Source of the DNA: Eledone cirrhosa
Lineage: Eukaryota
Assembly: GCA_964016885.1 (NCBI GenBank)
Contig: OZ024745.1
Span: forward strand, 19,344,001-19,408,000
Length of the DNA: 64,000 bases
Direction: 5' to 3'
A program made the position numbers and the translations under genes. Under the pieces are notes generated by a model. That model was not told where the DNA came from. It searched no databases and saw only the letters and a list, made by a program, of their open reading frames with translations. Shown piece by piece: positions 1 to 14,059 of this stretch (position 1 is its first letter; every line of letters starts with the position of its first letter).

Positions 1-59
1 CTTTAAGATATAGAAGATAGGCATTACATTTTAATGATTTTAATTTAAAGAGAATCACG

Positions 60-3000
60 CTATACGATGCAATGCAACACAATAACACACCACACTACAC
101 TAACCTACACTACACCAAACCAGATTATACCATACCTTGGTAAATTTATGATAGGCTTCCATGTTATAACTACACCAAACTACACCTCACCATAACAAAC
201 TACACCATACTACATCACACCATGCTATTAATCTCAGTGAGAACATTTTTCTTCCTGTTTTTTTTTTTTTTTCTGTGTGTGTGTGTGCTTACCACCCAAT
301 CTGATATCAAAGGTGCTCACAAATGATTATTTTTTTACACATTATCAATGTATATAACATGGAAACCTATCATTTGCAATAGGTTCCCATGTCATAACTA
401 CAACAATCCAAACTACACCATTCTACACCACACCATGCTTTTGATCTCAGTGTGAAAAATTTTCTTCCTGTTTCTTTGTGTGTGTGCTCTTACCACCCAA
501 TCTGACATCAAAGATGCTGCAATTGACTATTTTTCGCACATATTATCAATAATTATGACATGGAAAACTGTCGAAAATGACTAGCTTTGTAGAAAAAAGA
601 GGGAGGATGTGGGTGGAAATACCATTTACAAAGCTAGTCATTTTTTATTGCAGCGGAAGTCATATTTTTTGTTAATATGCTAAAAGCATAGTCCACTGCG
701 GGCTTCTTGGAAGTTGATAACACATGCAAAAATGAATGAAAAATTTTTTTTCTAACATAAATAGAAGTGGAAATTTAAATCCTCACTTATAACAAAGCAC
801 ATTAATCTACCTCAATCCACACCATATACTTCACCATAACCATACTTCACTATATGGTAATTTATTACAGAACACATACTCCTACCATTTACATCACATG
901 GACATTAATGTGACAAATTTGCTACTTGCATTTTTTTTTTTTTTGTGGTTACCACCTCAAACTAACATCAAAGGTGCTTGCAAATGACTATTTTCCCACA
1001 CATTATCAATGAATATGACATGGGAATCTATCGTTTACAATTGGTTTCCATTTCATAACTTCACCAAACCAAACCACACCATACCAAGTTACACCATACT
1101 ACATTGCACCAAGCTATTGATCTTGGTGTGAAAAATTTTTTTCCTGTTTCCTTTTTTTTTTTTTTTGTGTGTGAGCTTACCACCCAATCTGACATTAAAG
1201 GTGCTCCCAATTGACTATTTTTTTTTACACTTATCAATAATTATGACATGGAAACCTGTAGAAACTTCACCAAACCACATCATACTACATCACACCAAGA
1301 TATTGATTTTGGTGTGACAAATTTTCATCTGGCATTTTTTTTGTGCTTACCACCCAATTTGACATAAAAGGTGCTCGCAAATTACTATTTTATGCACATA
1401 TTATCAATGGTTATGACATGGAAACCTGATGAAAATGACTAGCTTTGTAGAAAAAAAAGGGAGGATGTGGGTGGAAATACCATTTACAAAGCTAGTCATT
1501 TTTTGTTAATATGCTAAAAGCATAGTTCACTGCGAGCTTCTTGGAAGTTGATAACACGTGCAAAAATGAATGAAAAATTTTTTTTCTAACATAAATCAAA
1601 GTGGAAATTTAAATCCTCACTTATAACAAAGCACACCACAGCACATTAATCTACCTCAATCCACACCATAACCATACTTCACTATATGGTAATTTATTAC
1701 AGAACACATACTCCTACCATTTACATCACTTGGACATTGTGACAAATTTGCTACTTGCATTTTTTTTTTTTTTTGTGGTTACCACCTCAAACTAACATCA
1801 AAGGTGCTTGCAAATGACTATTTTCCCACACATTATCAATGAATATGACATGGGAATCTATCGTTTACAATTGGTTTCCATTTCATAACTTCACCAAACC
1901 ATACCAAGTTACACCATACTACATCACACCAAGCTATTGATCTTGGTGTGAAAAATTTTCTTCCCATTTCCTTTTTTTTTTTTTTGTGTGTGCTTACCAC
2001 CCAATCTGACATTAAAGGTGCTCCCAATTGACTATTTTTTTTTCCCCTTATCAATAAATATGACATGGAAACCTGTCGAAAATGACTATCTTTGTAGAAA
2101 CTTCACCAAATCACACCAAGATATTGACTTTGGTGTGACAAATTTTCATCTGGCATTTTTTTTTTTTTTTTTTTTTGTGCTTACCACCCAATTTGACATA
2201 AAAGGTGCTCGCAAATTACTATTTTATGCACATATTATCAATGGTTATGACATGGAAACCTGATGAAAATGACTAGCTTTGTAGAAAAAAGAGGGAGGAT
2301 GTGGGTGGAAATACCATTTACAAAGCTAGTCATTTTTTATTGCAGCGGAAGTCATATTTTTTGTTAATATGCTAAAAGCATAGTCTACTGCGAGCTTCTT
2401 GCAAGTTGATAGCACGTGCAAAAATGAATGAAAAATTTTTTTTCTAACATAAATCAAAGTGGAAATTTAAATCCTCACTTATAACAAAGCACACCACTAC
2501 ATTAATCTACCTCAATCCACACCATAACCATACTTCACTATATGGTAATTTATTACAGAACACATACTCCTACCATTTACATCACTAGGACATTAATGTG
2601 ACAAATTTGCTACTTGCATTTTTTTTTTTTTTTTTGTGGTTACCACCTCAAACTAACATCAAAGGTGCTTGCAAATGACTATTTTCCCACACATTATCAA
2701 TGAATATGACATGGAAACCAATTGTAAACGATAGATTCCTATTTCATAACTTCACCAAACCAAACCACACCATACCAAGTTACACCATACTACATCGCAC
2801 CAAGCTATTGATCTTGGTGTGAAAAATTTTCTTCCCGTTTCCTTTTTTTTTTTTTTGTGTATGTGCGCTTACCACACAATCTGACTATTTTTTTCCCACT
2901 TATCAATAATTGACATGGAAACCTGTCGAAAATGACTATCTTTGTAGAAACTTCACCAAACCACACCATACTACATCACACCAAGATATTGAGTTTGGTG

Positions 3001-5400
3001 TGACAAATTTTCATCTGGTAATTTTTTTTTTTTTTTGTGTTTACCACCCAATTTGACATAAAAGGTGCTCGCAAATTACTATTTTATGCACACATTATCA
3101 ATGGTTATGACATGGAAACCTGATGAAAATGACTAGCTTTGTAGAAAAAAGAGGGAGGATGTGGGTGGAAATACCATTTACAAAGCTAGTCATTTTTTTT
3201 GTTAATATGCTAAAAGCATAGTCCACTGCGAGCTTCTTGGAAGTTGATAACACGTGCAAAAATGAATGAAAAATTTTTTTTCTAACATAAATCAAAGTGG
3301 AAATTTAAATCCTCACTTATAACAAAGCACACCACAGTACATTAATCTACCTCAATCCACACCATAACCATACTTCACTATATGGTAATTTATTACAGAA
3401 CACATACTCCTACCATTTACATCACTAGGACATTAATGTGACAAATTTGCTACTTGCATTTTTTTTTTTTTTTTTTTTGTGGTTACCACCTCAAACTAAC
3501 ATCAAAGGTGCTTGCAAATGACTATTTTCCCACACATTATCAATGAATATGACATGGGAATCTATCGTTTACAATTGGTTTCCATTTCATAACTTCACCA
3601 AACCATACCAAGTTACACCATACTACATCACACCAAGCTATTGATCTTGGTGTGAAAAATTTTCTTCCCATTTCCTTTTTTTTTTTTTTGTGTGTGCTTA
3701 CCACCCAATCTGACATTAAAGGTGCTCCCAATTGACTATTTTTTTTTCCACTTATCAATAAATATGACATGGAAACCTGTCGAAAATGACTATCTTTGTA
3801 GAAACTTCACCAAATCACACCTAGATATTGACTTTGGTGTGACAAATTTTCATCTGGCATTTTTTTTTTTTTTTTTTTTTTTTGTGCTTACCACCCAATT
3901 TGACATAAAAGGTGCTCGTAAATTACTATTTTATGCACATATTATCAATGGTTATGACATGGAAACCTGATGAAAATGACTAGCTTTGTAGAAAAAAGAG
4001 GGAGGATGTGGGTGGAAATACCATTTACAAAGCTAGTCATTTTTTATTGCAGCGGAAGTCATATTTTTTGTTAATATGCTAAAAGCATAGTCTACTGCGA
4101 GCTTCTTGCAAGTTGATAGCACATGCAAAAATGAATGAAAAATCTTTTTTCTAACATAAATCAAAGTGGAAATTTAAATCCTCACTTATAACAAAGCACA
4201 CCACAGTACATTAATCTACCTCAATCCACACCACAGTACATTAATCTACCTCAATCCACACCATAACCATACTTCACTATATGGTAATTTATTACAGAAC
4301 ACATACTCCTACCATTTACATCACTTGGACATTAATGTGACAAATTTGCTACTTGCATTTTTTTTTTTTTTTTTGTGGTTACCACCTCAAACTAACATCA
4401 AAGGTGCTTGCAAATGACTATTTTCCCACACATTATCAATGAATATGACATGGAAACCAATTGTAAACGATAGATTCCTATTTCATAACTTCACCAAACC
4501 AAACCACACCATACCAAGTTACACCATACTACATCGCACCAAGCTATTGATCTTGGTGTGAAAAATTTTCTTCCCGTTTCCTTTTTTTTTTTTGTGTATG
4601 TGCGCTTACCACACAATCTGACTATTTTTTTCCCACTTATCAATAATTGACATGGAAACCTGTCGAAAATGACTATCTTTGTAGAAACTTCACCAAACCA
4701 CACCATACTACATCACACCAAGATATTGAGTTTGGTGTGACAAATTTTCATCTGGCAATTTTTTTTTTTTTTTTTTGTGTTTACCACCCAATTTGACATA
4801 AAAGGTGCTCACAAATTACTATTTTATGCACATATTATCAATGGTTATGACATTGAAACCTGATGAAAATGACTAGCTTTGTAAAAAAAAGGAGGGAGGA
4901 TGTGGGTGGAAATACCATTTACAAAGCTAGTCATTTTTTATTGCAGCGGAAGTCATATTTTTTTGTTAATATGCTAAAAGCATAGTCCACTGCGAACTTC
5001 TTGGAAGTTGATAACACATGCAAAAATGAATGAAAAATTTTTTTTCTAACATAAATCAAAGTGGAAATTTAAATCCTCACTTATAACAAAGCACACCACA
5101 GTACATTAATCTACCCCATACTTCACTAGATGGTAAATTTATTACAGAACACCTCCTACCATTTACATCACACCAATGCTCACAGTTGACTATTTTTTTC
5201 ACATATTATGAATGAATATAACTTTGAAACCTATCGTCAATGATTAGCTTTGTAGAAAAATGAAGGCAGAAAGTGGGTGGAAAAACCATTCACAAAGCTA
5301 GTCATTTTTAATTGCAGTGGAAATCATATTTGTTGTTAATATGCTAAAATAATAGTCAATTGCAAGCATTTTGGAGGTCGGATTAGTTGATAGGACATAA
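60..5400. repeat. Satellite, ~830-900 bp monomer (~6 copies) with ~1.7-kb higher-order period and internal ~170-200 bp subrepeats
   Basis: Marker GGGAGGATGTGGGTGGAAATACCATTTACAAAGCTAGTC recurs at ~601, 1459, 2293, 3153, 4000 and 4895. Near-identical ORFs at 1836 and 3540 are 1704 bp apart. The motif ACCACCCAAT...TGACATGGAAAC recurs within each monomer. Confidence 0.9.
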
Positions 5401-5527
5401 AAAAAACAAAGGAAAACAAAAATTGTCTATATGTTACTGTGGAAAGTCGGGTTTTCTGTGTGACGCCAGAGGTCATGGTCGTGTGTCATTGCCCTTGAGA
5501 GGTGCAATTGGGAAAGCTCGGCTTAGA

Positions 5528-6057
5528 AATATTTACTTCTGCGTTCACAGATCCCATTTAAGGTGAAAGCAGCCGATTCTTTGTTTAAACTTTAATCTGT
5601 TATTTTAATAAATATTTGCTCTACGGTTCTTATATATTTGATATATATTTATCCTTATCGAGCCCTCTTTGGATGTTAGTCTTCAAATTTATTATTATTA
5701 CTATTTGGCTCCCTTGATTGAGTACTCTATTGACTTATATTCATAATGCAGAAACATCTGAATATTTCTACAAAGAACATACCCGTACCAAGCAAGAAGA
5801 AATACCTAAAACTACGTCTCCACGAACCAAAGTATCGCCTTCTTGTTGCAACGTTTTTCGAAATATTTACTTCTGCATTCACAGATTGATTTTTCTTTTT
5901 TAGTTTCAGAAGATCCCATTAAGGGTGAAAGCAGCCGATTCTTTGCTTAAACTTTAATCTGTTATTTTAATAAATATTTGCTCTACGGTTCTTATATATT
6001 TGATATATATTTATCCCTATCGAGCCCTCTTTGGATTTGTCTTCATATGTATTATTA
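5528..6057 (+). repeat. Partial-tandem ~170-bp direct repeat with degenerate hammerhead-like core (pLTR-like)
   Basis: 5528-5700 is repeated at ~5860-6057. The second copy has CAGAAGA-TCCC-ATTAA-GGGT-GAAA (~5907-5930). An inverted fragment lies between TA tracts at ~35247-35337. Confidence 0.5.
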
Positions 6058-6069
6058 CTGTGTGTGTAC

Positions 6070-6415
6070 ATATTGAGAGCATTGGCTTTGCAATCGAAAG
6101 GTTGTGAGTTCAATTCTCACACCGGGTGATGTGTTGTTTCCTTGAGCAAGACACTTTATTTCACATTGCTCCAGTTTACTCAGCTGTAAAAATGAGATGA
6201 TAGGACTGGCAGTCGTGGAGGTGCCACGGCAAAAAAGCACCCAGCCCACACTGTAAAGTGGATGTGGAGTTGCCATGGGGAAAAAAGCACCCAGCACTCA
6301 CTGTAAATGAGGTTGGTGTTAGGAACAGCATCCAGCTGTAGAAATCAAGCCAGAATCAGTTCCCGTCCCACGCTTGCAAGCAGGGAAAAAGTGGACGTAA
6401 AATGAAATGATGATG
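6070..6415 (+). mobile_element. SINE family S2 (tRNA-like head, RTE-LINE-derived 3' tail)
   Basis: B-box-like GAGTTCAATTC and central CCTTGAGCAAGACACT domain. 3' part matches the 3' UTR of the LINE at 58030-58203 and ends in (GAT)n. Near-identical copy at 62170-62492. Confidence 0.75.
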
Positions 6416-6730
6416 AATGCTCCCAGCTGTGGTCACGCCATAGTATCAAACTAACCACGGAACTTGAGAAAATCCAACAAAGCTACACCAAGAGGATTGC
6501 ACAATGAAGGAGATGAGCTACTGGGAGAGGCTAAAAGAACTGAAACTCTACCCTTCGGAATGAAGACGGGAGAGATATACATATGGAAAATCCTGCCGGG
6601 ACTAAGACCAAACTTTCGCATTGAGGGCTGGACCAATTCTCGAACAGGACGTCACTGTGTGGTACCAAAGGTCCCGTCTTCCACATCTAGAATCAGGAGC
6701 AGCCTGGGGTTCAAAGGCCCTCAACTTGGT
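6415..6730 (+). pseudogene. CR1-like LINE ORF2 C-terminal fragment
   Basis: Near-identical to the reverse complement of ~9600-9930. Translates across frameshifts to CSQLWSP...SYWERLKELKLY...IWKIL. Confidence 0.65.
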
Positions 6731-6799
6731 TTTCAAAATTTTAATTTGTGTTTCCTATTCATCAATGCTTCAAGCAAGCTATAAAACTCTATTATATTT

Positions 6800-7260
6800 C
6801 ATCATCATCATCATCATTTATGTCAGTTCTTCTACGCTAGCATGGGTTGTCCTGTTGTGGGCAGTCGGCTGACCTTGTCTTGATTTCTACAGCTGGATGC
6901 CCTTCCTAACACCAACTTAATTTACAGTGAGTGCTGGCTGTTTTTTTTTGCCGTGGAATGATAGGGACCCCAGTCCTATCATCTCATTTCTACAGCTGAG
7001 TAAACTGGAGCAATGTGAAATAAAGTGTCTTGCTCAAGGAAACAACACATCACTCAGTCCGAGAATTAAACTCACAACCTTTCAATTGCAAGCCCAATGC
7101 TCTAACCACTGAGCCATGTGCGGTCAGGTGACCATGTCTTGCTCATAAAGAACTGATTTTGGCTTGGTTTCTACAGCTGGATGCCCTTCCTAATGCCAAG
7201 TTCATTTACAGTGTGGACTGGGTGTTTTTTACCATGTCACCATCACGACCACTTGACAGT
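6800..7260 (-). mobile_element. SINE family S2 copy plus a second tail fragment
   Basis: Reverse complement of 6070-6415, with an (ATC)n tail at ~6800. Confidence 0.7.
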
Positions 7261-7429
7261 GTTTCGGCCTGTTCTCATGAAAGATATATTGGCATGTGGG
7301 ATGGAGTGGTGCATACTGTATGTATGTTTCAGCCTTGGCCTGTGGGAAGTTGGGGTTTCTGTATTACCTCATAACGCCAGAGATCTTGGTCCTGTGTCAT
7401 TGCCTTTCAGAGATGCAATTGGGCAAGGT

Positions 7430-7890
7430 CGGCTTTTATCACTTCATACGAATCACATGTCCATACCAACATAATCTCCTCTACTGCACATTTGATTCCT
7501 CTTATGCCTAGTTTCTCTTACAAGCTTCATTCCTTTCTAATCTACGCAAGTCTTCTACACACAGCGCCCAGCTCTCACTACCATGCAACATTGCCGTTCA
7601 TGTGCACACATCATACAGTCTACCTTTTATTCTGAGGGAAAAGCCTTTTGTATCCAGCTGCGGCAGTAGCTCCCTCAACTTCTTCCATCCCATCCTTTCA
7701 GAACACCCCCTCCGCTGCTAAATCGGTATTGTTTTTACCAAGTCCTCCCAGACTTTGATGTCACTTGTCCAACTGCTACATGTAAAGCCTACATTCTGAA
7801 CTAAACTTCCTGAGATCCCACTACATCTCTTGTGTACCCATAGTTTGCATATGGGGCAGAGGATGGAGTTTCTACCTACACCTCTCCTAC
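7430..7890 (-). pseudogene. Degenerate RTE-type LINE fragment (same family as 56158-58203)
   Basis: ORF 7718..7978 contains CRRGVGRNSILCPICKLWVHKRCSGI, matching the PHD-like segment at 57041-57172. Internal deletions are present. Confidence 0.8.
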
Positions 7891-7944
7891 ATAATGAGCA
7901 CACACACATATATATATACACACACTTACATATATATATATATA

Positions 7945-8990
7945 CTAGCCGAATTACCAGCGCCTTGCTGAGTTTCACTCATTTTTTTTGTAAGAAAATG
8001 ATGATTGATTTTAAATCAGTGATATAATTTATGGAGAAAAACTCAATATTACTCAATGTAAAATATAATTGTTTCTACTTTAGGCACAAGGCCAGCAATT
8101 ACCCAGTGCATTACTGGTACTTTATTTTATCGACCCTGTAAGGATGAAAGGCAAAGTCAACCTCGGGATTTGAACTCAGATCGTCAAGGGACGTAACTAT
8201 GCATGAAAAATTGGAAAACATCATTTTTTTGTAATATATCAAATCAAAATTGCTTTATTAAATCTTATTCTTATTTTGTTTCTTGTAAATAATTTTTTTC
8301 AAAATATCAATTGAAAACTTTTGTGAATAGGCATCATATCAAGGGAGCTACTGCCACAGCTGGATACAAAAGGCAGAATGTATGATGTGTGCATATGAAC
8401 GGCAATGTTGCATGGTAGTGAGAGCTGGGCGCTGTGTTCCGATGGATGTGTAATAGTAATATACGCGAAAAGTTTTCAGCAGGGGTTTACCCCCTAATAG
8501 GGGATTTAACCACCATTAAGGTGTCTTATAGTATTGAAATTTTGTGAATAGGCATCATATCTCTTCATTTATCTATGGTTTAAATTGCATATAAATCGAA
8601 CCGAAAAAACTTTCAGCGGGGATTTTGTGCCCTCTGGTGAACCCTAATAGAGGGTTTAACTCAGATTTAGGGTATTGTAATTTTATTGAAATTTGCTGAA
8701 ATGATGTGAATAGGCATCATATCTTGTCATTTACCTATGGTTTAAATTTCATATAAATCGAAGGTAAAGTATCAGCGGCGGTTTTGTGCCCCCAATGAAC
8801 CCTTTGATTAAAATGAAATATACTTATACAAGTACCCTGGGCAATGTAGTTTCAGAATATATATGGTTATGGGGGTCTATCTCCAAAACCATAGGAGGAG
8901 TTCGTAAAATCTTGTTCCATTTATTGGCCAAACTTTTCACTATAGGGAGTTTAACCCCCATTAGGGTGTATTAATATTATTGAAATTTGC
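7945..8990 (-). mobile_element. Non-autonomous Helitron-like element, interrupted by a SINE piece (8066-8200) and a LINE piece (8341-8468)
   Basis: Terminal ACTAG followed by a GC-rich subterminal motif, with internal ~170-bp repeats. Homologous to 35348-35976. Confidence 0.6.
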
Positions 8991-9429
8991 ACACACACAC
9001 ATATATATATACACACACACACAAACACACATATATATATATATATACACAAACACACACATATATATATATGTATACACACACATTTATATCTTTTAGC
9101 AGAGCATTTTAATATTGCCACTCAATGAAAACCTTTTGTTTGGAATAAAGGAATCTTGGAATAAAGGAATCTTGAAAATTAGGAGTGCCTGTCAGTGTGT
9201 ATGTGTTTGTCTACTTAGCATCAATTTACTACCCTCCCCTACCACCAGAAAATGTATAAATACTACCATATGACATTGACAGTCAGCTTTTCTGATGATT
9301 TCCTCCGAATGAAACAGTTCTAGTCCTGTTGAAGCCATTTCTATATTAAATATATATATATACTCTTTTAGCTGTTCCAGCCATCCGGCTGAGACCATGA
9401 TTGGGCACTGTCCTTGTTGCTACACATTC

Positions 9430-10090
9430 TATCTCCAGCCTGTGTTGGCTGGCCATTGGTGTAAGAGAGAGTTCGTTGCTGCTGCCCTTAGGTTACCTTC
9501 GTACCGGGATCCTGGATAACAGGGTGTCAAGAAGTTTCTTGAAAATATCCACGGCCACACCATGTAATCTCTCAAATCCCTCGGCAGTTTGTTGAAGAGT
9601 TGAGGGCCTTTGAACCCCAGTCTATTGCAATATCTGCTTCTTGTTCTAGATGTGGAAGACGGGACCTTTGTCACCACACAGTGACGTCCTGTTTGGGGGT
9701 TGGTCCCGCTCTCAATACCAAAGTTTGGCGCTAGTCCCTCCAGGATTTTCCATATGTATATCCCTGCGTATCTCTCCCGTCTTCGTTCCAAGGAGTAGAG
9801 TTTCAGTTCTTTTAGCCTCTCCCAGTAGCTCATCTCCTTCATTTGCAATCCTCTTGGTGTAGCTTCGTTGGATTTTCTCAAGTTCCGTGGTTAGTTTGAT
9901 ACTATGGGGTGACCACAGCTGGGAGCAATAGTCCAGGCGGCTTAGGACAAATGGCCTTCATAGTATCAACATGGTCTCCCGGTCTCTTATATAGAAAACC
10001 TCAAATAAAAAGTCAAGATTTGTTTCGATTTAACAGAGCAGATAGAATTCGCGTCAGAATATTCCAACCAATCCAGCCTATATCAGCTGA
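9430..10090 (-). pseudogene. CR1-like LINE ORF2 3' fragment
   Basis: ORF 9429..9881 contains MSYWERLKELKLYSLERRRERY...WKILEGL...GPQLFNKLP, a typical CR1/Jockey-group RT C-terminus. Frameshifted. Confidence 0.7.
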
Positions 10091-10221
10091 ATAAATATGT
10101 ATATGGAGATATATATACACACCCACATGCACATATATATATATATATACACTCAAACACACACATACATACACGCATGCATGCATACATGATGGCTGCC
10201 CATTGCACGATATACCATTAT

Positions 10222-10356
10222 TAATAATTGTTTCTACGTTAGGCACAAGGCCAGCAATTACCCAGTGCATTACTGGTACTTTATTTTATCGACCCCGTAA
10301 TGATGAAAGGCAAAGTTAACCTTGGCGGGATTTGAACTCAGAATGGCAAGGGCCGT
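10222..10356 (-). mobile_element. SINE family S1 (tRNA-derived), 3' part
   Basis: Reverse complement of 17560-17691. Confidence 0.8.
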
Positions 10357-10705
10357 ATTATTAATTAATTCTATCGTGCAATGCCTGTGCATGAAGATAT
10401 TTTTTTAAATGAGGAAAGACTGTGCACTGAGCCAATCCCACTCTCTGAGCGACAGTAGCTATAACCCGAAAAGAAGAAAATATCAACATCATCGGTAACT
10501 ACTGAGCCGCAGGTTTTATATCGGAGTTATCCCAGTTTCCTGAGTTGCCTTCTAGAAGAATGCCCTGACAAAGGCTAGGGGTCCTTCACACCCAGTGGTT
10601 TAACCGCGCAATCGGGTGTCCAGCCCAATTATTTCTATGTCCCCGCGCATGTACATACACATGCACCCATGTATATTCACACATTTATATACATACATGT
10701 GTATA

Positions 10706-10915
10706 TACATATTTACGCACTTTTGGATGGCCGTTGACTCTTATGAGATCTTCCGCCCTTTGTTAGGTTTTGTTTTTTGTCCTGCAGGGTGTCCAAAATC
10801 ACCCTCCTCACCAAGTAAACTTGGTGGGGTTGCCGGTTTAGTCGCCGACGACCCGACCATGCGACGGGTTGTACTGGGTTACATGTTACTAATAGCACTC
10901 AAGAGTGACTCAACA
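10706..10915 (-). repeat. Dispersed repeat family, unclassified (also 30280-30590, 31630-31810, 39350-39530)
   Basis: Shared GTGCTACTGGTAACATGTAACCCAGTACAACC...GGCGACTAAACCGGCAACCCCACC...GGCCATCCA segment in four places. Confidence 0.65.
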
Positions 10916-10929
10916 TACATACATACATA

Positions 10930-13385
10930 CTACATGATGGCTGCAAACTCGTGTTCAAGTATTGCCATCGCCCGATAAAATGTTCAAAAATGTGAAGCAC
11001 AAATGTGACTCTTTAAACCAGCCAAATACTTGCACCCTCTGGCACACACATGGCAACTTTAGGCTCCCCCGAAACCTTCCCTTGTTTTGTTCTGGCTGTA
11101 TGTTCACATGTATCTTTTAAGACCTCCTATGCTTGTACATTTTCAGATCATGATCTACATGAGGTCTACTGATATGACTTTATTCATGTCTAATCAAACC
11201 AGCTTTGCTCAGGCTGACTCGACCACAGTGCTGGCAAACCAGATGATGTTCAACAGCAGGCAGTTCAGAACAGTCTCAATCCTCACCTTCCTTTTCAGTG
11301 TTAGGTGTTCTCTCCGACGAGTTTCAAAGTGTTCACCACCTGACTTGATCAAACGTCTCCACTTCACACGCTCGTCAGCCATTTTCTCCCATTCGTCAGA
11401 TGAAATTCCAGCACAAGCCAAGGTGCCCCTGATACAGTCCCAGTACCGCCTTTTTGGTGAATGTGGTGGTCGCCTTCCTTCACACAGTTCTCCATAGAGA
11501 AGTTGTTTTGGAATACGATCATCAGACATCCGGACCACGTGACTGCACCACCTCAACTGAAAGATTATGCTCTCTATAGTCACGCACCTGCTCCGTTCTA
11601 GAACTTCCAAATCACTGGCGAACATTTTCCACCACACCCCAAGTAACTTATGAAGAGATTGTTGGTGAAATCTCTCCAGATCCTTGAGGTGCTTTCTGTA
11701 TGTGACCCACGTTTCACAAACATAAAGTAAAGAGGAGACGACACAAGTCAGATACACTTTCACCTTGGTTTCGATAGTGATACCTTGTCTGGACCATAAA
11801 CGTTGCTGCAGCCGTCCAAAAACATCACTGGCTTTCTTGATGCTTAAGGATATTTCATTATCAAGTGTGCATGAAGTGTTCAACGTACTACCAAGGTAAA
11901 GAAACTTGTCAGCAACTTTTAGCCTCTTTCTGTACACGTACACACTTGGTGCAGTGTACTCGTTTCCAGGTACTGGATGATACATCTCAATAGTCTTTTC
12001 CAAGCTTATTGTGACGCCCAAAGTGCTGCAAGCTGCAGAAAAAGAGTTCATAATATGCTGCATGTCACTTTGTGAGTGTGCAAAAAGATCGCAGTCGTCT
12101 GCATACAAAAACTCTCGGATTATAGATGTTAATACTTTTGTGCTTGTACCAAAGCGCCTGGTGTTGAACAACCTTCCTGAAGTGCGATACCTGATGTAAA
12201 CCCAATGAGAACAATATTTAAATGCCATGAGAAACACTATCGTAAAATATAAGGAAAACAGAGTTGGAGCCGGAATGTCCCCCTGCTTCATTCCATTTTC
12301 AACTGATATTGGTTCAGAGATGCTACCACCAATACTGACCAAAGCCTTCATGTCATCATGGAAAAGATGCAGAATCTTCTACCCTACCATGGATTTTTTT
12401 CCCCACAACGCAGTTCGATTGACAGTGTCAAAGGCGTTTGTCAAGTCAACAAAGACCTGGTAAAGGTCCATACATTGTTTGATACACTTTTCTTGCAGCT
12501 GCCAAGCAGAAACGATCATATCCACTTCCTCTTTCGTTTCTGAAACCACACTGCGACTCAGGCAACACATTCAGAGCAACTCTTGGGATCAATCTATCCA
12601 TCAATATTCGACACGACTTTACCAACTACTGAAAGAAGGGATATGACATGATAATTGCCACATTTGTCCTTGCCGTCCTTTACTTTATGGAGAATCACCA
12701 TGAGCGCATCCTTCTTGTGGGACATTCTCATATTCCCACACCATGAGGTCAGTAAGGCGCTGCGTGAAGTTTTCACCACTACACTTCAAAACCGCTCCAC
12801 TCAGACCATCCATACCAGGAGACTTACCACAGTTCAGCTTATGCACAACAGAAGTCCCCTCTGCAAGAGAAGATACATTAGCCATCTCATATGCTTCACT
12901 GGTTCAATAGGAATGGAACAAAGGAAATCATCATCAATCTGGTTTAAGAGCTCATCAAAGTGATCTCTCTATCTGTCGAGTGTCTTTTGGGTCACGCAGT
13001 AATTGCTTGCCATCTTTCGATCTCAAAGGGGCCACTGGAGAGCTGAAAGGGCCATACACCTCTGTGAGTAGAAAGTGCGGCAGTTTCACATTGTTGCCAT
13101 CAGATGCCACTTGAACTTCATCTGTTTTATTGCTCCACCAGGTATTTTGCATAGCCCTGAGTTTCACCTGCACTTCCTTCTTTACCTGTCTGTAACGCTC
13201 ATAATTGTCACCAACAGAGCTACTACCTTTAAGAACTGCATCAAGTGCCTTTTGTTTTCTGTCTAGCAGAGCCTTGACCTCCTGATCATTCTCATCAAAC
13301 CAGTCCTTATTTTCTTGTGACAAAGCCAAGGACCTCTGCTGAAGCCTCATAAACCGAGCTCCTGAAGTCCTTCCAGTTGTTCTCA
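10930..13385 (-). pseudogene. 5'-truncated RTE-clade LINE ORF2 (reverse transcriptase) relic
   Basis: Consecutive broken ORFs give GKSPGMDG, CGNYHVISLLSVVGKV, VFVDLTNAFDTVNR, GMKQGDIPAPTLF, FLYADD, FLYLGS and RMSDDRIPKQLLYGEL. Both ends sit in (TATG)n. Confidence 0.9.
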
Positions 13386-14059
13386 TACACGCATACATAC
13401 TTACATATATACATGTATACATACATGCATACATCCATCCATCCATACATGTATACACACATACATACATGTATACATACATACATACAATGGTTAAAGT
13501 GTATACATGTATACATACATACAATGGTTAAAGTGTTTGACTGACGACCATAAGTTCATGGGTTCATATTTGGGACCGGGTAGTTATTGAATCAATGTTT
13601 ATTATACAGCACACTTCCTCTTTGGTATAATATGACACATAGTAATATATAACATAGTACCCATCTAATCTGTTATAATATGATTTACCTTTCCTCTGTG
13701 AAGGCACATGCCTTAGGGGTTACGGTACTGGACTAACCATTATAAAGTCATGGGCTCGTTTCTTCGATCCTGCAGCATGTTGCGTCCTTCAGTAAAATAC
13801 TTTAGTTCGTGTAGCATCTTCTACCAGGACTTGCGGCAGACAGATAATATCAGTAATGGAAAAAACCTTGTTTCATTAGTATGACTTGGAAATCAGTTCC
13901 ACTCTATCTTCTTTATTAAAGGCAATCAAATTATTTTTTATTTTATTCTTTTTCTTATTTTTCCATGTTTGTAAAATAAATTCCAAAAAAATCGAACTAA
14001 ATTGAAATTTTGTAATAAAATTTCCATAAAAGTTAATGTTTACAATACAATAAAATATA

